A DNA stretch of 64,000 nt from Nitrospiraceae bacterium (GTDB lineage Bacteria > Nitrospirota > Nitrospiria > Nitrospirales > Nitrospiraceae), in assembly GCA_050246315.1 (NCBI GenBank), contig JBFWWG010000005.1:96001-160000 (forward strand). Reading direction: 5' to 3'. Each line of letters begins with the position of its first letter. Positions within the stretch are counted from its first letter, which is position 1. A model generated the notes under the pieces. The model ran no database searches. It was not told the DNA's origin and saw nothing but the letters and a program-made list of their open reading frames with translations. Made by a program: the position numbers and the translations under genes. Shown here one piece after another: positions 17,909 through 28,499 of the stretch.

Positions 17909-18880
17909 TCAACGGGGTACAGTCAAGATGTCGCCGAGCGAGCCAAACCGCAGCCCCAATTCGTGACACACGCGGTATTGCCGATCGAAACGATTCTTGG
18001 TGGCAAGGATGGTGCGCATCGCCTTGAAACCAACCCGTCCCCATGCCGGCACGTGAAACACGGAGAGCGGATAGTCGGTGCCGAACAAAAGCCGCTCCTG
18101 CAATTCCGGATGGCGGCGAAGGTGGAGCAACATCTTCATGCGGTTGGGCAGGGTCAGCGCGGAGATGTCGGCGTAGAAATTCGAATAGCGCTGGGCCAAC
18201 TCCTGAAACGTCGGCAGAAACTTTTCATAGAGCATCAAGCCGTAGCTACAGGCATGCGCAGCGATGACGGTAGCCCCCTCATCGAGCGGCACTCGAAGCC
18301 TTGCCGGATCGCCGACCGATTGGTCCTTGCCGATCAGGCTGAACTCGTAACCCACATGACTGAGGAGCGGCAACTTGCGCCCGGCTAGTGCCCGATAAAA
18401 GGTCTTGTATCGGTGATTGCCAGGATCGAACTGTTGGGCATTGGGCAGGACCTTGACCAGCACCGCCCCGGCCTCCGCGCAACGATGGACCTCCTCCACG
18501 GCGTCCTGCCGTTGGGGGTTGATGGAGACGCCGGGAAGAAACAGGTCCGGGTGCTGCCTTGCGATGTCGAGGACATAGTGGTTGCTGATCAGAAACTCGG
18601 TGTGGGTTTGATCGAGCTGGCCGTTTGACCCGTAGGCGCCGTCCATGGCCAGCAGCACCGCCTGCTTCACGAATTGCGAGGTCTGCAACTCCTTCCGGAG
18701 GTCCTCGATGTATTTGTGATTGGCTTCCTGGGGCCGGGCCAGCGGTAGGCTGTGTTTCCACAGCAGAAAACGAAACAGCGGGCTAGCGAGCATCTTCTTG
18801 GAAATAAAGCAGCCATTGCTGCCGGCCGGCAATGCGGCGAGATGCACGTGGCAGTCGATTAGCCTTTGGCCTGTCGTCAT
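17909..18880 (-). CDS. Amidohydrolase family 2 protein
   Basis: IDCHVH, LSHVG, IAAHA, LFGTDYP. Confidence 0.9.
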   Translation of the reverse strand: MTTGQRLIDCHVHLAALPAGSNGCFISKKMLASPLFRFLLWKHSLPLARPQEANHKYIEDLRKELQTSQFVKQAVLLAMDGAYGSNGQLDQTHTEFLISNHYVLDIARQHPDLFLPGVSINPQRQDAVEEVHRCAEAGAVLVKVLPNAQQFDPGNHRYKTFYRALAGRKLPLLSHVGYEFSLIGKDQSVGDPARLRVPLDEGATVIAAHACSYGLMLYEKFLPTFQELAQRYSNFYADISALTLPNRMKMLLHLRRHPELQERLLFGTDYPLSVFHVPAWGRVGFKAMRTILATKNRFDRQYRVCHELGLRFGSLGDILTVPR

Positions 18881-18915
18881 GCGTCAGCCGTCAATCGTCA
18901 TGCGTCAACCGTCAT
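18874..18915. repeat. Heptamer tandem repeat (CGTCA-core)
   Basis: cgtcatg cgtcagc cgtcaat cgtcatg cgtcaac cgtcatt. Confidence 0.85.
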
Positions 18916-18971
18916 TCCCGGACGAGGAATGCCTTTCATCGATCGGACCTGCTCAGCCGGCGCACTCAGCA

Positions 18972-21900
18972 CTACTTCACCCCTCGAAGCCTCTCCGTGG
19001 CCAGTCGTTTCAATTCGCGGAGGTCCAACTTACCGGTTCCTAGAATAGGAAGCCTCTCCACTTTGACGAAGGCGTCCCTTCGGGGAATGAACAGATTGGA
19101 GAGTCCGCTGTCGGCCAGCTTGTCCAACACCAACGGGATCTGCTTGTCATCCAGCGTGTGCAGGACCGCGAGCTGTTCTCCCTTTTTCTCGTCCGGTACG
19201 CCGGTGACGGCAAAGACCATCGTCTCGGCGCCAGCCGCCTCATGCAGCGCCTCCTCCACGCGACCGTGCGGCACCATTTCGCCTCCGATTTTGGAGAAAC
19301 GAGATAGCCGGTCGGTGATGAACAAAAAGCCGTCTTCGTCTACATACGCAATATCGCCTGTGACGTACCACCCGTCGCGTATCACGGAAGCGGTGAGATC
19401 CGGTTTGCCGAGATAGCCGCTCATCACGTTCGGGCCTTTCACCAGCAACATGCCGGGCGCGGCGGCCGGGAGGGGCTGGTACGAATCAGGGTCCACGATA
19501 CGGAGAGACACCCCGGGCAACGGCTGGCCGACCGAGCCGCGCCGCGAGGCCGGCTGAAAAAATCCGGCAGCGCGAAAATCCGGACAGTTGACGGAGATGA
19601 CCGGCGCGCATTCCGTGGTGCCGTAGCCTTCGAGCGGCCGGATGCCGAAGCGGTCCTCAAATGTCTGCGCCAGTCGGTCGGTGAGTTTCTCGGCGCCGGT
19701 CAGCACCACGCGCAACGAACCGAACTGTTCGGGTGTGCAGCGGCGCAGATACAACTGCAAGAATGTCGGCGTCGCGACAAAAACCGTGAGCCGGTAGCGG
19801 TGGATCAGCTCGCCGATCCCGACGGCGTCAAGCGGCGACGGATGATACGCGACCGCGTTTCCGTTGATGGTCGAGAGCCAGAGGACGAGCAGATAGCCGA
19901 AGGAATGGAAGAACGGCAAAATGCCGAGCAGGCGATCGCGAGCATCCAGATGAAAGACTTGCAAAGCGGCGTCGATGTTCGAATCGATGTTGAAGTGAGA
20001 GAGCATCACCCCTTTCGGTTCGCCGGTGCTGCCCGAGCTGAAGATGATCGTGACGATATCGTCCATCGTGGCGGATTTGCCGGCGCCGCAGGCTCGTTCG
20101 AGCCAACGCAGCGGGGCGACCAGACCGAGAACCATCGCAAGGAGCCGTTGAGGCGCGCCGATCCCCTGGGCCAGGTCATCGAGCCAGAGGACCGTGATGT
20201 TGGTCGGCAGATCCAGCTTGGCCTTCTCGACAAATAGATGGCTGGTGACGACGGTCTTGAGCGAGGCCTGTTGAATCGCGGATTCCAAACCGCTGCGGCC
20301 GACCGTGTAGTTGAGATTGACGGCGGTGTGGCCGGCCGTCGTGGCGGCAATGTTCACCAGTGCGCCGGCCACGCTGGGCGGCAGCATGATCCCGACCGTA
20401 TCCTGCCCTTGCCAATGAGGTCGTAACAGCCGGGCCAGTACGACCGTGCCGGTGAGTGCCTCCCAACAGCGCACGTGTGGTCTTGTGGCATCCGCCATGG
20501 CCAGGCGAAGCGGATGACGGCGCATGGAGCGAATCGCCGCTCGGTGCAGCGGGATGCGGTCCTGCTTGCGAAGGTGCCAAGCTCTCTCGCCCAGTTCCTG
20601 CACCGCGCGGCGCACATCCGAGACCGGCGTTGCGGGGCCGAGCGGTGCGCCGAACGAGATCGTGACCGGAAACGGGATGCGCGACGGCCACTTCGTGAGA
20701 AACCGGCCGCCGACGAAACTGAAGAGGCTGCCCCAAATCCGATCCAAGTGAACCGGGATGATGGGCACGGCGCGATCCCGTATGATGCGCTCAAATCCGC
20801 GTCGAAACGGCAACAGCCCGCCGGTTCTCGTGATCTGGCCTTCCGGAAAGATACACACCACCTCGCCGCCGTCGAGTGCGCGGCCGGCCTCGCGCAGCGC
20901 GTGGAGGATGGCGCGCGGACCACCGGTCGAGGCGATCGGAATGGCGCCGGCCAGTTTCATAAACGGCTTGAGTGCCGGGGACTCGAAATATTGGGCGTCC
21001 ACCAGGAAGCGGATCGGCCGGTCCACGCAGGTGATCAATAGGACGGCGTCGAGGAACGAGATGTGATTGGGGACGAGCAGCGCGCCGCCCTCTGTCGGCA
21101 GGTGTTGGGGGTTGACCACGCGCACGCGGTAGAGGCTGTTGGCAGCGAGTAAGAGGAGCGCCCGGAGAAAGGATTCGGGCAACAGACGCAGCGCGCCGAT
21201 CGCTCCGACCACGGCGCCGGCTCCGGCAATCAAAAAGATCGCCGAGGCATGAAGGCCGAGCTGTGCGAGAAGGCCGGCCCCGAGAGAACCCAGAAGCACG
21301 CCGGAGAACACGGCGGTGTTTTGCATCGCGATGACGGCACCGCGACGGTCGCTCGGGGCGCGCCATTGGATCAGCGCGTTCACCGGTACAACGAACAATC
21401 CGCTGAAGAGGCCCAGGACCGTCAGCAGGGCCATCGTACCGGGTAGCTCGGGAGACCAGAGACCTTGCAACAAGAGGAGGGCGGCCATGCCGATGACGCC
21501 GAGGGGGATCAATCCGACTTCCACTTTGGACGACGACAGACGGCCCGCGAGGAGTGCCCCGATGCCGATGCCGGCCGCCAAAATGGTCATGGGCAGACCG
21601 GCCATCGCATCCGAAAGCTGAAGTACGCTCTTGCCGTAGATCAAAATGGTCTGTCCGACCAAACTGGCGAGGGTCCAGAAGAAGATGTTGCTGCTGATCG
21701 CGAGCCGCAACACTCGGTCGGCGTACAAGGCGGACCAGGCTCCGCGGAGGGTGTCACGCAGCCCGCCTTCTGACCGCGCGGGAGGTACGGGAGGGACCAG
21801 CCAGGAGGCAACGAAGCCCAGCGCGGCCAAGACCGTCAGTGCGGCGCCGGCCTGCCAGTGAAAGGGATCGGAAAGATCCAGCAACAGTCCGGCCGCGGCC

Positions 21901-22400
21901 GTGCCGGTGATGATGGCCATGAAGGTCCATAGTTCCAGCAGGCCGTTTCCTCTAGACAAACGCTCGTGAGACAACAGCTCCGGCAGGATGCCGTATTTCG
22001 CCGGGCTGAACAGCGCGCTGTGGACGCCCATCAACCCGAGCACGACCAGCGGGAGCGTCTGTCCGGTAGGATCGAACCATAGGGAGGCGGTGCCGAGCGC
22101 CATCAGCAGCACTTCGACCGATTTCATCGAGATAATGACCGTCCGTTTGCTGACTCGATCAGCCAGCAGACCTGCGAACGTCGAACAGGCGACGAGGGGG
22201 AGCGTAAAGACCACGAATGCGATGGTGGTTCGAGCCTGGATCGCCGATTCGAGATCGCCGATTCCGGTTGATTGGGAGTCGGCGACGACGCGGCGGATCG
22301 CCAACAACGCGACCATCAATTTCCACGCGTTGTCATTGAACGCCCCGCAGAATTGGGCGATCAGGAGGCCGCGGAGGGGATGTGAGGGGGATGCGTGCAT
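18972..22400 (-). CDS. aas: Aas-type fusion: MFS (LplT-like) + PlsC acyltransferase + acyl-ACP synthetase
   Basis: GAFNDN MFS start; NHISFLD and FPEG acyltransferase motifs; FSSGSTGEPKG and YGTTE AMP-binding motifs. Confidence 0.93.
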   Translation of the reverse strand: MHASPSHPLRGLLIAQFCGAFNDNAWKLMVALLAIRRVVADSQSTGIGDLESAIQARTTIAFVVFTLPLVACSTFAGLLADRVSKRTVIISMKSVEVLLMALGTASLWFDPTGQTLPLVVLGLMGVHSALFSPAKYGILPELLSHERLSRGNGLLELWTFMAIITGTAAAGLLLDLSDPFHWQAGAALTVLAALGFVASWLVPPVPPARSEGGLRDTLRGAWSALYADRVLRLAISSNIFFWTLASLVGQTILIYGKSVLQLSDAMAGLPMTILAAGIGIGALLAGRLSSSKVEVGLIPLGVIGMAALLLLQGLWSPELPGTMALLTVLGLFSGLFVVPVNALIQWRAPSDRRGAVIAMQNTAVFSGVLLGSLGAGLLAQLGLHASAIFLIAGAGAVVGAIGALRLLPESFLRALLLLAANSLYRVRVVNPQHLPTEGGALLVPNHISFLDAVLLITCVDRPIRFLVDAQYFESPALKPFMKLAGAIPIASTGGPRAILHALREAGRALDGGEVVCIFPEGQITRTGGLLPFRRGFERIIRDRAVPIIPVHLDRIWGSLFSFVGGRFLTKWPSRIPFPVTISFGAPLGPATPVSDVRRAVQELGERAWHLRKQDRIPLHRAAIRSMRRHPLRLAMADATRPHVRCWEALTGTVVLARLLRPHWQGQDTVGIMLPPSVAGALVNIAATTAGHTAVNLNYTVGRSGLESAIQQASLKTVVTSHLFVEKAKLDLPTNITVLWLDDLAQGIGAPQRLLAMVLGLVAPLRWLERACGAGKSATMDDIVTIIFSSGSTGEPKGVMLSHFNIDSNIDAALQVFHLDARDRLLGILPFFHSFGYLLVLWLSTINGNAVAYHPSPLDAVGIGELIHRYRLTVFVATPTFLQLYLRRCTPEQFGSLRVVLTGAEKLTDRLAQTFEDRFGIRPLEGYGTTECAPVISVNCPDFRAAGFFQPASRRGSVGQPLPGVSLRIVDPDSYQPLPAAAPGMLLVKGPNVMSGYLGKPDLTASVIRDGWYVTGDIAYVDEDGFLFITDRLSRFSKIGGEMVPHGRVEEALHEAAGAETMVFAVTGVPDEKKGEQLAVLHTLDDKQIPLVLDKLADSGLSNLFIPRRDAFVKVERLPILGTGKLDLRELKRLATERLRGVK

Positions 22401-22431
22401 GCTCCGAAGGGCTTCATCGTCGCATTCAACG

Positions 22432-22935
22432 CTATTTTGAGGACAAGATCAAGAGTGGCACCCAGACCGGCGCCGTGATGATGCCGACCGCCAGCACGGC
22501 AATGGTGGGATAGACGACGACGGCGGCGGGGATTTCCCAGAACAGGTTGGCGCAGGAGTGGCGTTTCTCGCTGGTCCACGAATCTGACAGCGGCGAGAAC
22601 AGCGGTTTACAGGTGCCGCTCTCCGGCGCGATGTCATATGGGCGCAGGTCCCAGTCTCCAGCCACCTTCTTGGCCTTCCCGAGGTTCGTGACCTTGCCGG
22701 TGGGACACAGGACACGCACCACGTCTTCGCGCGGAAGGCCGCGGGCGATTTCAGGCTCAGCACAGGTGATGTCAAGGACGGTGCCGTCCTGTTCGATACG
22801 AAGGATCCTGCCGGATTGGGTTTCGTAATACCGCCCGTTCTGGTCCTCGTGAAAAAAAGCCCGGGGCGGAAGGTCTGTTGCACAGCCGGTAATTAACGAG
22901 AGCAGGGCCATGACGACACGAGCAGCGAGATTCAC
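22432..22935 (-). CDS. Hypothetical lipoprotein with C-terminal hydrophobic segment
   Basis: GTG start after ggagg; lipobox ITGC; four further Cys. Confidence 0.7.
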   Translation of the reverse strand: MNLAARVVMALLSLITGCATDLPPRAFFHEDQNGRYYETQSGRILRIEQDGTVLDITCAEPEIARGLPREDVVRVLCPTGKVTNLGKAKKVAGDWDLRPYDIAPESGTCKPLFSPLSDSWTSEKRHSCANLFWEIPAAVVVYPTIAVLAVGIITAPVWVPLLILSSK

Positions 22936-23118
22936 CGAAACTGCCTCCCCATTGCGGTTGATCGATTTGTTACGGAGGCATCTTGTCCTAACGCCGAAGA
23001 AAGATCAAATGGAAGGCCGCTTCGATCATGCGCCTCCATGCGAGCGCGGCACCGCCGCGGCGTGCCCACGACGAACTGCAAGACGACACTCGGGACAGAC
23101 GGCTCTATCCGAACAGTT

Positions 23119-23289
23119 CTATCGCACCTTATTCATGACGGTTCGAGACGTTCCACCCGTTGCATCTCCAGAGAAACCGGTACCCGAGGACGGTACGCGT
23201 GGGACCCATTCCATGCGCGATCTGTCTCCCCATGCAGCAACAGGTCGAACTGCGGGTGCGGTGGAAGCGATCATGATAATGCGGGATAG
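23119..23289. mobile_element. MITE-like element, family B
   Basis: Ends ctatcgcaccttattcatga / tcatgataatgcgggatag; internal cggttcgagacgttccacccgttg. Confidence 0.75.
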
Positions 23290-23390
23290 GGAAGTGCAGT
23301 GGAGAATGGAGAGGCGCGCTCCATCATGCAAAAGGGTGGTTCATCTGTTCGGGATGCTGTGCTACGGTGGCACACGCTTTTTCATCGGCT

Positions 23391-23542
23391 CTAGCCTGTA
23401 TTATTCATGAACGCTTCTGCTGCTCAGGCCCATCGCTCTTCTCCACGGCAATGGGTCCAACGCCTGGCGACTTCCGCGTACCCGTTGCGCTTTGACGACC
23501 ACGGGTGGAACGCGACGAACCGTCATGAATAATGCGGGCTAG
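23391..23542. mobile_element. MITE-like element, family B, opposite orientation
   Basis: ctagcctgtattattcatga / tcatgaataatgcgggctag, CTAG at both ends. Confidence 0.85.
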
Positions 23543-23604
23543 CCCCATCGTGCTCGGTGATCCCAGTATTGCAACTCACCCCATATTGAATGAAGAGAGG
23601 ACAC

Positions 23605-25074
23605 ATGATGAACATCTCCCGCAACAAGCTGCCACTTGCCGCCTTGGGCGTGATCATGATCGGGATCGGCGCTTGTAGCAGCGGGGGAGACTCGGGAGCA
23701 CCGGCCCCAAGCGGCGGTGGAGGCACGGTGACGCCGCCTCCGTCGCCCGGCGGTGCCAACGTGGTGTTCGGTCGCACGAGCGCTGGAAACAGCGATCTCT
23801 TCCTGATCAGAAACGACGGCAACGGACTGGTGCCGCTTGCGACCGCGCCTGAGAACGAGGTCTTTGCGAGAGCCGCGGGTGCTCGTGTGCTGTATCACAA
23901 GCGTGCGAGTCCGTCATCGCAGCGAGATGTTTGGAGTGTCGCGACGGATGGAACAGGAGGAGCCGCCTTGCTGAACAGTCCGGCAGACGAATATGTGGTC
24001 GGGGTAGACGGTAGCCGCGTGATCGTGGAGACGGCCGCGGCATTGGGATCTCCGCGGGATCTCCTCAGTATCGGCCTGGACGGAACCGGCCAAGTGCCGT
24101 TGGCGAACAGCCCCGACGACGAATATTTCCGGGGGGTTATCGGCAACCGGGTTGTGTATGAACGGAACGTCGGAGGCAAGCCGGATGTGTACAGCGTCAA
24201 TCTTGATGGGTCCGATCCCAAGCCGCTTGCCGCAGACCCGGGATTCGAGGAATTTGTCGTCGGCAATGTCGGTGCACAGGTAATCGTTATGACTCGAGCG
24301 GACAGCACATCTCCGGCGAACCTCGTGGCTATAAACGCCAATGGCACCGGCACGCCGATCCTGTTGGGAGGCAGCCCCAACAACGAAGTGCTGGGGGCGG
24401 TGGTCGGCAACCGGGTGGTCTTCATGCGGTCGGTGAATTCGCAGTTCGATATTTTTAGCGTCAACATCGACGGCTCGGATGAGAGGCCGCTCAGCGTGAA
24501 TTCCGATAATGAAATGGTCGAAGAGATCGCGGGAACGCGGGTGGTCTACACCCGTAACGTCGGCGGCCAGACCGATTTGTACAGCGTCAATGTCGACGGG
24601 ACGGGCGAGGCTGCGTTGGCGACGTCTCAGACGAGTGAGGAGCATGCTGCCGGCGTAGTCGGCACCCGCGTCATTTTCCGGCGCACGATCGGAGTTCAGG
24701 ATGATCTCTTCAGCATCAATGCGGACGGGACCGGTGGCGAAGTCGCTCTGGCCACGGCTCCGCAGGATGAGGATTTTGCCGGTCAAGTCGGAAATCGCGT
24801 CTTCTTCCATCGTAACATCGGAGGCGGGCCATTCGGACCGGCCGATCTCTACAGCGTCAACGCCGACGGCACGGGGCTCGTGGCCCTGACAACCAGCAAC
24901 GACCACGAGGAATTTGCCGGGGCGGCCGGTGACCGCGCTGTCTATGAACGAAAGGCCGGCAATGCACTGAGCGGCGGCCCCCGAGACCTGTTCAGCGTCG
25001 TTCCTGACGGCAGTGCACCGGCGGTTCCCCTGGGGCAGACGGCGAACGACGAGTATTTTTCCTATAGCTTCTGA
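23605..25074 (+). CDS. Lipoprotein with 10 tandem ~44-aa repeats (predicted beta-propeller)
   Basis: Lipobox IGAC; Gly/Pro linker; repeat consensus G.RVVY.R..GG..DLYSVN.DGTG...LA..P..E.F.G. Confidence 0.87.
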   Translation: MMNISRNKLPLAALGVIMIGIGACSSGGDSGAPAPSGGGGTVTPPPSPGGANVVFGRTSAGNSDLFLIRNDGNGLVPLATAPENEVFARAAGARVLYHKRASPSSQRDVWSVATDGTGGAALLNSPADEYVVGVDGSRVIVETAAALGSPRDLLSIGLDGTGQVPLANSPDDEYFRGVIGNRVVYERNVGGKPDVYSVNLDGSDPKPLAADPGFEEFVVGNVGAQVIVMTRADSTSPANLVAINANGTGTPILLGGSPNNEVLGAVVGNRVVFMRSVNSQFDIFSVNIDGSDERPLSVNSDNEMVEEIAGTRVVYTRNVGGQTDLYSVNVDGTGEAALATSQTSEEHAAGVVGTRVIFRRTIGVQDDLFSINADGTGGEVALATAPQDEDFAGQVGNRVFFHRNIGGGPFGPADLYSVNADGTGLVALTTSNDHEEFAGAAGDRAVYERKAGNALSGGPRDLFSVVPDGSAPAVPLGQTANDEYFSYSF

Positions 25075-26993
25075 TCCTGCGACGACGCAGAGGGGGTGCC
25101 AGGTTTTCTTCGCTCAGATTCGGGCGGCAGGGTCATGGAGGAGACCGGGAGGCCTTCCATTGCCATGATCCGCAGCGCATTGGTGGTGGGACAGGGGCCC
25201 GGCCGGAGCACATAGTCGAACGACAAGGCGCCGTCCTCGATCGTTTCCTGGAAATGGACGTTGCGGAGGGTGGAGATCACCGTCTCCAACTCGGCGAGTT
25301 CGAGGTCGTGCGTGGTGACCAGACCGAAGCCGTTGTGTGACGCGAGCGCTTGAATATAGGCCCGGCTACCGATCAGCCGCTCCCGATTGTTGGTGCCCCG
25401 GAAGATTTCGTCGATCAGGAACAGGATCGGAGCAGCGGATCGATCGCGGGCTGCCTCAAGGATCAGCTTCAGCCGTTTGACCTCCGCATAGAAATGTGAC
25501 AGGCCTTGCTCGATCGAGTCCTCTACCCTGATACAACAGTACAGCCGCACCCAGCTCCATCCGAACCGTTCAGCACAGACGGGCGCGCCGGCCTGTGCCA
25601 GACACACGTTGATCCCGATCGTTCTCAAGAAGGTGCTCTTGCCTGACATATTCGATCCGGTGACGAGCCACAGTTCGCCTCGGCCCTGCAGCGTCGCATC
25701 ATTGCTCATTCGCTGGTTCGCAGGAATAAGCGGATGGCCCAATCGTATGGCTTCCAATGTCGGTCCTGGTTCATGTTCGCCGGCAGCGAGGGTCGGCCAG
25801 GTATAGCTGGGATGTAGGTAGGCAAAGCTGGCGCAGGCGCTGGTGGCTTCGACCTCGGCCAGGATGTCCAACCATTTCGGAAGATGATCTGCAATGCGAG
25901 TCTGCAACCGTTGCAACCGCCAGATGAAGTACAAGTCCCAGGGGCCGGGAAGATTCACAAAAATATGGGCCAGGGGGTTGGATCGCACACTGAGCCCCGA
26001 GACGATGCGAGCCGCCTGGCGAAGATGCCGAGAGGGGCTCCGGTCGGCCCGTATCAGGGAGGCGCAGAGTTCGCCTAGGGCCGAGGACTTGTCGCGCGCA
26101 CGGCGTTCGAGATACGCCAAGACGGCGCCGAGCTTGTCGAGTTCCACCTGGAGGGAGAGGGCATGTTCAAACGCCTGTTGGCTCCGTTCGATCGAGAGGA
26201 AGAGAAACGCATAGAGGCCGAAGGTCAGCAGCCAATAGCCGGGTAGCCAACCGGCTAAGGAAGCTGCCAATAGCCCGATCGTGCCGACAGAGAGCATCGC
26301 CTGGATTGTTAGGAGCACCGGCAGGGTCGGCCAGCCCGCCGGGGTTAGCAATATGGCCTGGAGACGTCGTCCGTCGATCTCCTGTTCCCCGACCAGCAAC
26401 CCTTCCAGCACCAACCGATCACGGTAGAGCGTCAGGCGGCTCAGTTCCCTGGCCAGGCGTTGCCGGGTGGCCCATCGAGACCGGTCCTGAGACGGAGCTA
26501 GCAACCAGGACGTCAGACGTTCGCGTCCGTTGGATGACACGGTCGTGTCGAGGAGGTGCAGCAGGGAATGCGCGCCCAGGAGGTCGAGGTCCTTGGCGTA
26601 GGGGTGGTCGGCGGGGGGCTCATGCTCCTTCCTCGGAATCGCCGACCAATCCAAATGCAGGCGGGCGAGGTGAGTCCGTTTGATCGCGCGCCAGAGGCGC
26701 CACCGGTGCATCCGCTGTTCGAGCCTGTTATGATAGGCAGCCACGGCGATGAATCCCAGCACTAACAGAGCGAGCGCCGTGTTCCCGGCCAGGTACCAGC
26801 CGAGCTTGAACAGCGTCACACAGAGCGCGATCCCGGCCAAGAAAAGGATGAAGCGAGCGGTCGTGAGCTTTCGACTCAGCTCTTGACGGCCGGTGATTTG
26901 CCGGTCCGCCGCAGCAATCAACCGCCGGAGGGTCCGCTCGCGTCCGGACGGAGAGTGGCTGGCGACGGGTTGGATGGACTGGTTCTCTCGCAT
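25062..26993 (-). CDS. Membrane-anchored MutS-like ATPase (MutS domain V)
   Basis: N-terminal TM helices; TGSNMSGKSTFLR, SHFYAE, FLIDEIFRGTN, TTHDLEL. Confidence 0.9.
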   Translation of the reverse strand: MRENQSIQPVASHSPSGRERTLRRLIAAADRQITGRQELSRKLTTARFILFLAGIALCVTLFKLGWYLAGNTALALLVLGFIAVAAYHNRLEQRMHRWRLWRAIKRTHLARLHLDWSAIPRKEHEPPADHPYAKDLDLLGAHSLLHLLDTTVSSNGRERLTSWLLAPSQDRSRWATRQRLARELSRLTLYRDRLVLEGLLVGEQEIDGRRLQAILLTPAGWPTLPVLLTIQAMLSVGTIGLLAASLAGWLPGYWLLTFGLYAFLFLSIERSQQAFEHALSLQVELDKLGAVLAYLERRARDKSSALGELCASLIRADRSPSRHLRQAARIVSGLSVRSNPLAHIFVNLPGPWDLYFIWRLQRLQTRIADHLPKWLDILAEVEATSACASFAYLHPSYTWPTLAAGEHEPGPTLEAIRLGHPLIPANQRMSNDATLQGRGELWLVTGSNMSGKSTFLRTIGINVCLAQAGAPVCAERFGWSWVRLYCCIRVEDSIEQGLSHFYAEVKRLKLILEAARDRSAAPILFLIDEIFRGTNNRERLIGSRAYIQALASHNGFGLVTTHDLELAELETVISTLRNVHFQETIEDGALSFDYVLRPGPCPTTNALRIMAMEGLPVSSMTLPPESERRKPGTPSASSQDQKL

Positions 26994-27033
26994 GTGGTGG
27001 GCAGACCTTACTGAGTTCCATCCGAGGGCGTCA

Positions 27034-27930
27034 ATGGGAACGACGAGACAAACCGGTTGGATCGATGTTCAGGTTCGAACCAACCTCGATGCAGGGGAAC
27101 TCATCGGCGCCTTGCACGATCCGTCCGTTTCCGGCGCCTGGCAGGATCACGACGGGACGGTCCATATCTACTGGCCGGCGGGCGATTGGAACGATCAGCA
27201 ACTGACCAGGCTGCGGACGGTACTGCTTCAGCTCGGTGATGGCCCGGCGGGTGATTCACTGGCGATCCGGGAAGAACCGGCGCAGGACTGGAACCGGTTC
27301 TGGGCGCAATCGGTGACGCCGCTGCGGATCGGTCGGCGGGTGCTCATCCGGCCGAGCTGGGAGCCTCCTGCCGGTGAGCCGGGAACCATCGAACTCGTCA
27401 TCGATCCAAAATTGGCCTTCGGGACCGGGCACCATCCGACGACCAGCATGCTGATCGAATGGATTGAAGATTTGACGGAACAGGACATGTCGGTGTTGGA
27501 TGTCGGGACTGGCACCGGGATCTTGGCCATGGTGACGCTGCGTTGCGGGGCCAGGCGGGCGGTCGGCCTCGATTGCGATCCCCAGGCAGTCGACTATGCC
27601 AAGGGCTATGCCGTGGAGAACGGTTTCGACGAGGCGGCATTGAGTTTCGTCGTGGGCACGGTCAGCGAGGAGTTCATGGATGCGGGGCATCCTTGGCATC
27701 TGGTCTTGGCGAACCTGGATGGTCGCACGCTCCTTGAAAACAGAGAGCCTCTGGCCAGGCTGGTGCATCAGGGAGCGACCCTTCTCCTCTCCGGCATTTT
27801 GATCGACCAGAAGGAGGAGATCGGCCGCGCCTATGCTGAAACGGGAGTCTATGTGTCAGGCGTGAAACAACGGGAAGGCTGGGTTGCTTTACGGATGAAT
27901 GCTTCCGAGTCTTGTGATGTACCATCATGA
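27034..27930 (+). CDS. prmA: Ribosomal protein L11 methyltransferase
   Basis: IDPKLAFGTGHHPTT, VLDVGTGTGILA, LSGIL. Confidence 0.92.
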   Translation: MGTTRQTGWIDVQVRTNLDAGELIGALHDPSVSGAWQDHDGTVHIYWPAGDWNDQQLTRLRTVLLQLGDGPAGDSLAIREEPAQDWNRFWAQSVTPLRIGRRVLIRPSWEPPAGEPGTIELVIDPKLAFGTGHHPTTSMLIEWIEDLTEQDMSVLDVGTGTGILAMVTLRCGARRAVGLDCDPQAVDYAKGYAVENGFDEAALSFVVGTVSEEFMDAGHPWHLVLANLDGRTLLENREPLARLVHQGATLLLSGILIDQKEEIGRAYAETGVYVSGVKQREGWVALRMNASESCDVPS

Positions 27931-28499
27931 AGCCTTCCATCGGATACAGAATGTGCAAGGAGGAATATGGCAGCGAAGAACAAATGGGCCAGTCCAAACA
28001 GGTCTCTGAAGGACGGCTGTGGCAAATCAACATTTCCAATGGAGGCGTGCCGAAACGGCCCGTGTCTGAGGCGGTGATCACCCTGGACGGAGTGACCGGC
28101 GACCGGCAACGTAACCGTTCGATTCACGGAGGCCGAGACCGTGCGGTGTGCCTGTTTGCGCTCGAACGGATCGAATCGCTGCGACGGGAGGGCCATGACA
28201 TCTACCCCGGTGCCTCAGGTGAAAATCTCACGCTGGCCGGATTGGATTGGGATGCGGTCGGGCCGGGAGACCGCCTCCGAATCGGCGAAGAGGTCGAATT
28301 GGAGCTGACGAGCTTCACAACGCCCTGCCGGCACAATGCATGCTGGTTCCGGGGAAATGACTACCGGCGTATTTCCCACCAAAGCCATCCCGGCTGGAGC
28401 CGGGTCTATGCGAGGGTCTGCCGAGAGGGGCCCGTCCGTCAGGGGGATCGCGTGGTCTGGATGAGAAGGTGCCGACCTGGCCAGGAGACGATCGCATGA
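27927..28499 (+). CDS. MOSC domain protein (YiiM-like)
   Basis: GGVPK, HGGRDRAVCL, PGASGENLT, TPC..N; true start may be 27984. Confidence 0.9.
   Translation: MKPSIGYRMCKEEYGSEEQMGQSKQVSEGRLWQINISNGGVPKRPVSEAVITLDGVTGDRQRNRSIHGGRDRAVCLFALERIESLRREGHDIYPGASGENLTLAGLDWDAVGPGDRLRIGEEVELELTSFTTPCRHNACWFRGNDYRRISHQSHPGWSRVYARVCREGPVRQGDRVVWMRRCRPGQETIA

Noticed and set aside
23365..23385. Sigma-54 promoter (tggcac...) upstream of the 10-repeat lipoprotein
   Set aside because: The -12 TTGC element is missing (tttttc).
25062..26993. Canonical mismatch-repair mutS or mutS2
   Set aside because: No mismatch-binding or Smr domain; TM helices plus domain V only.
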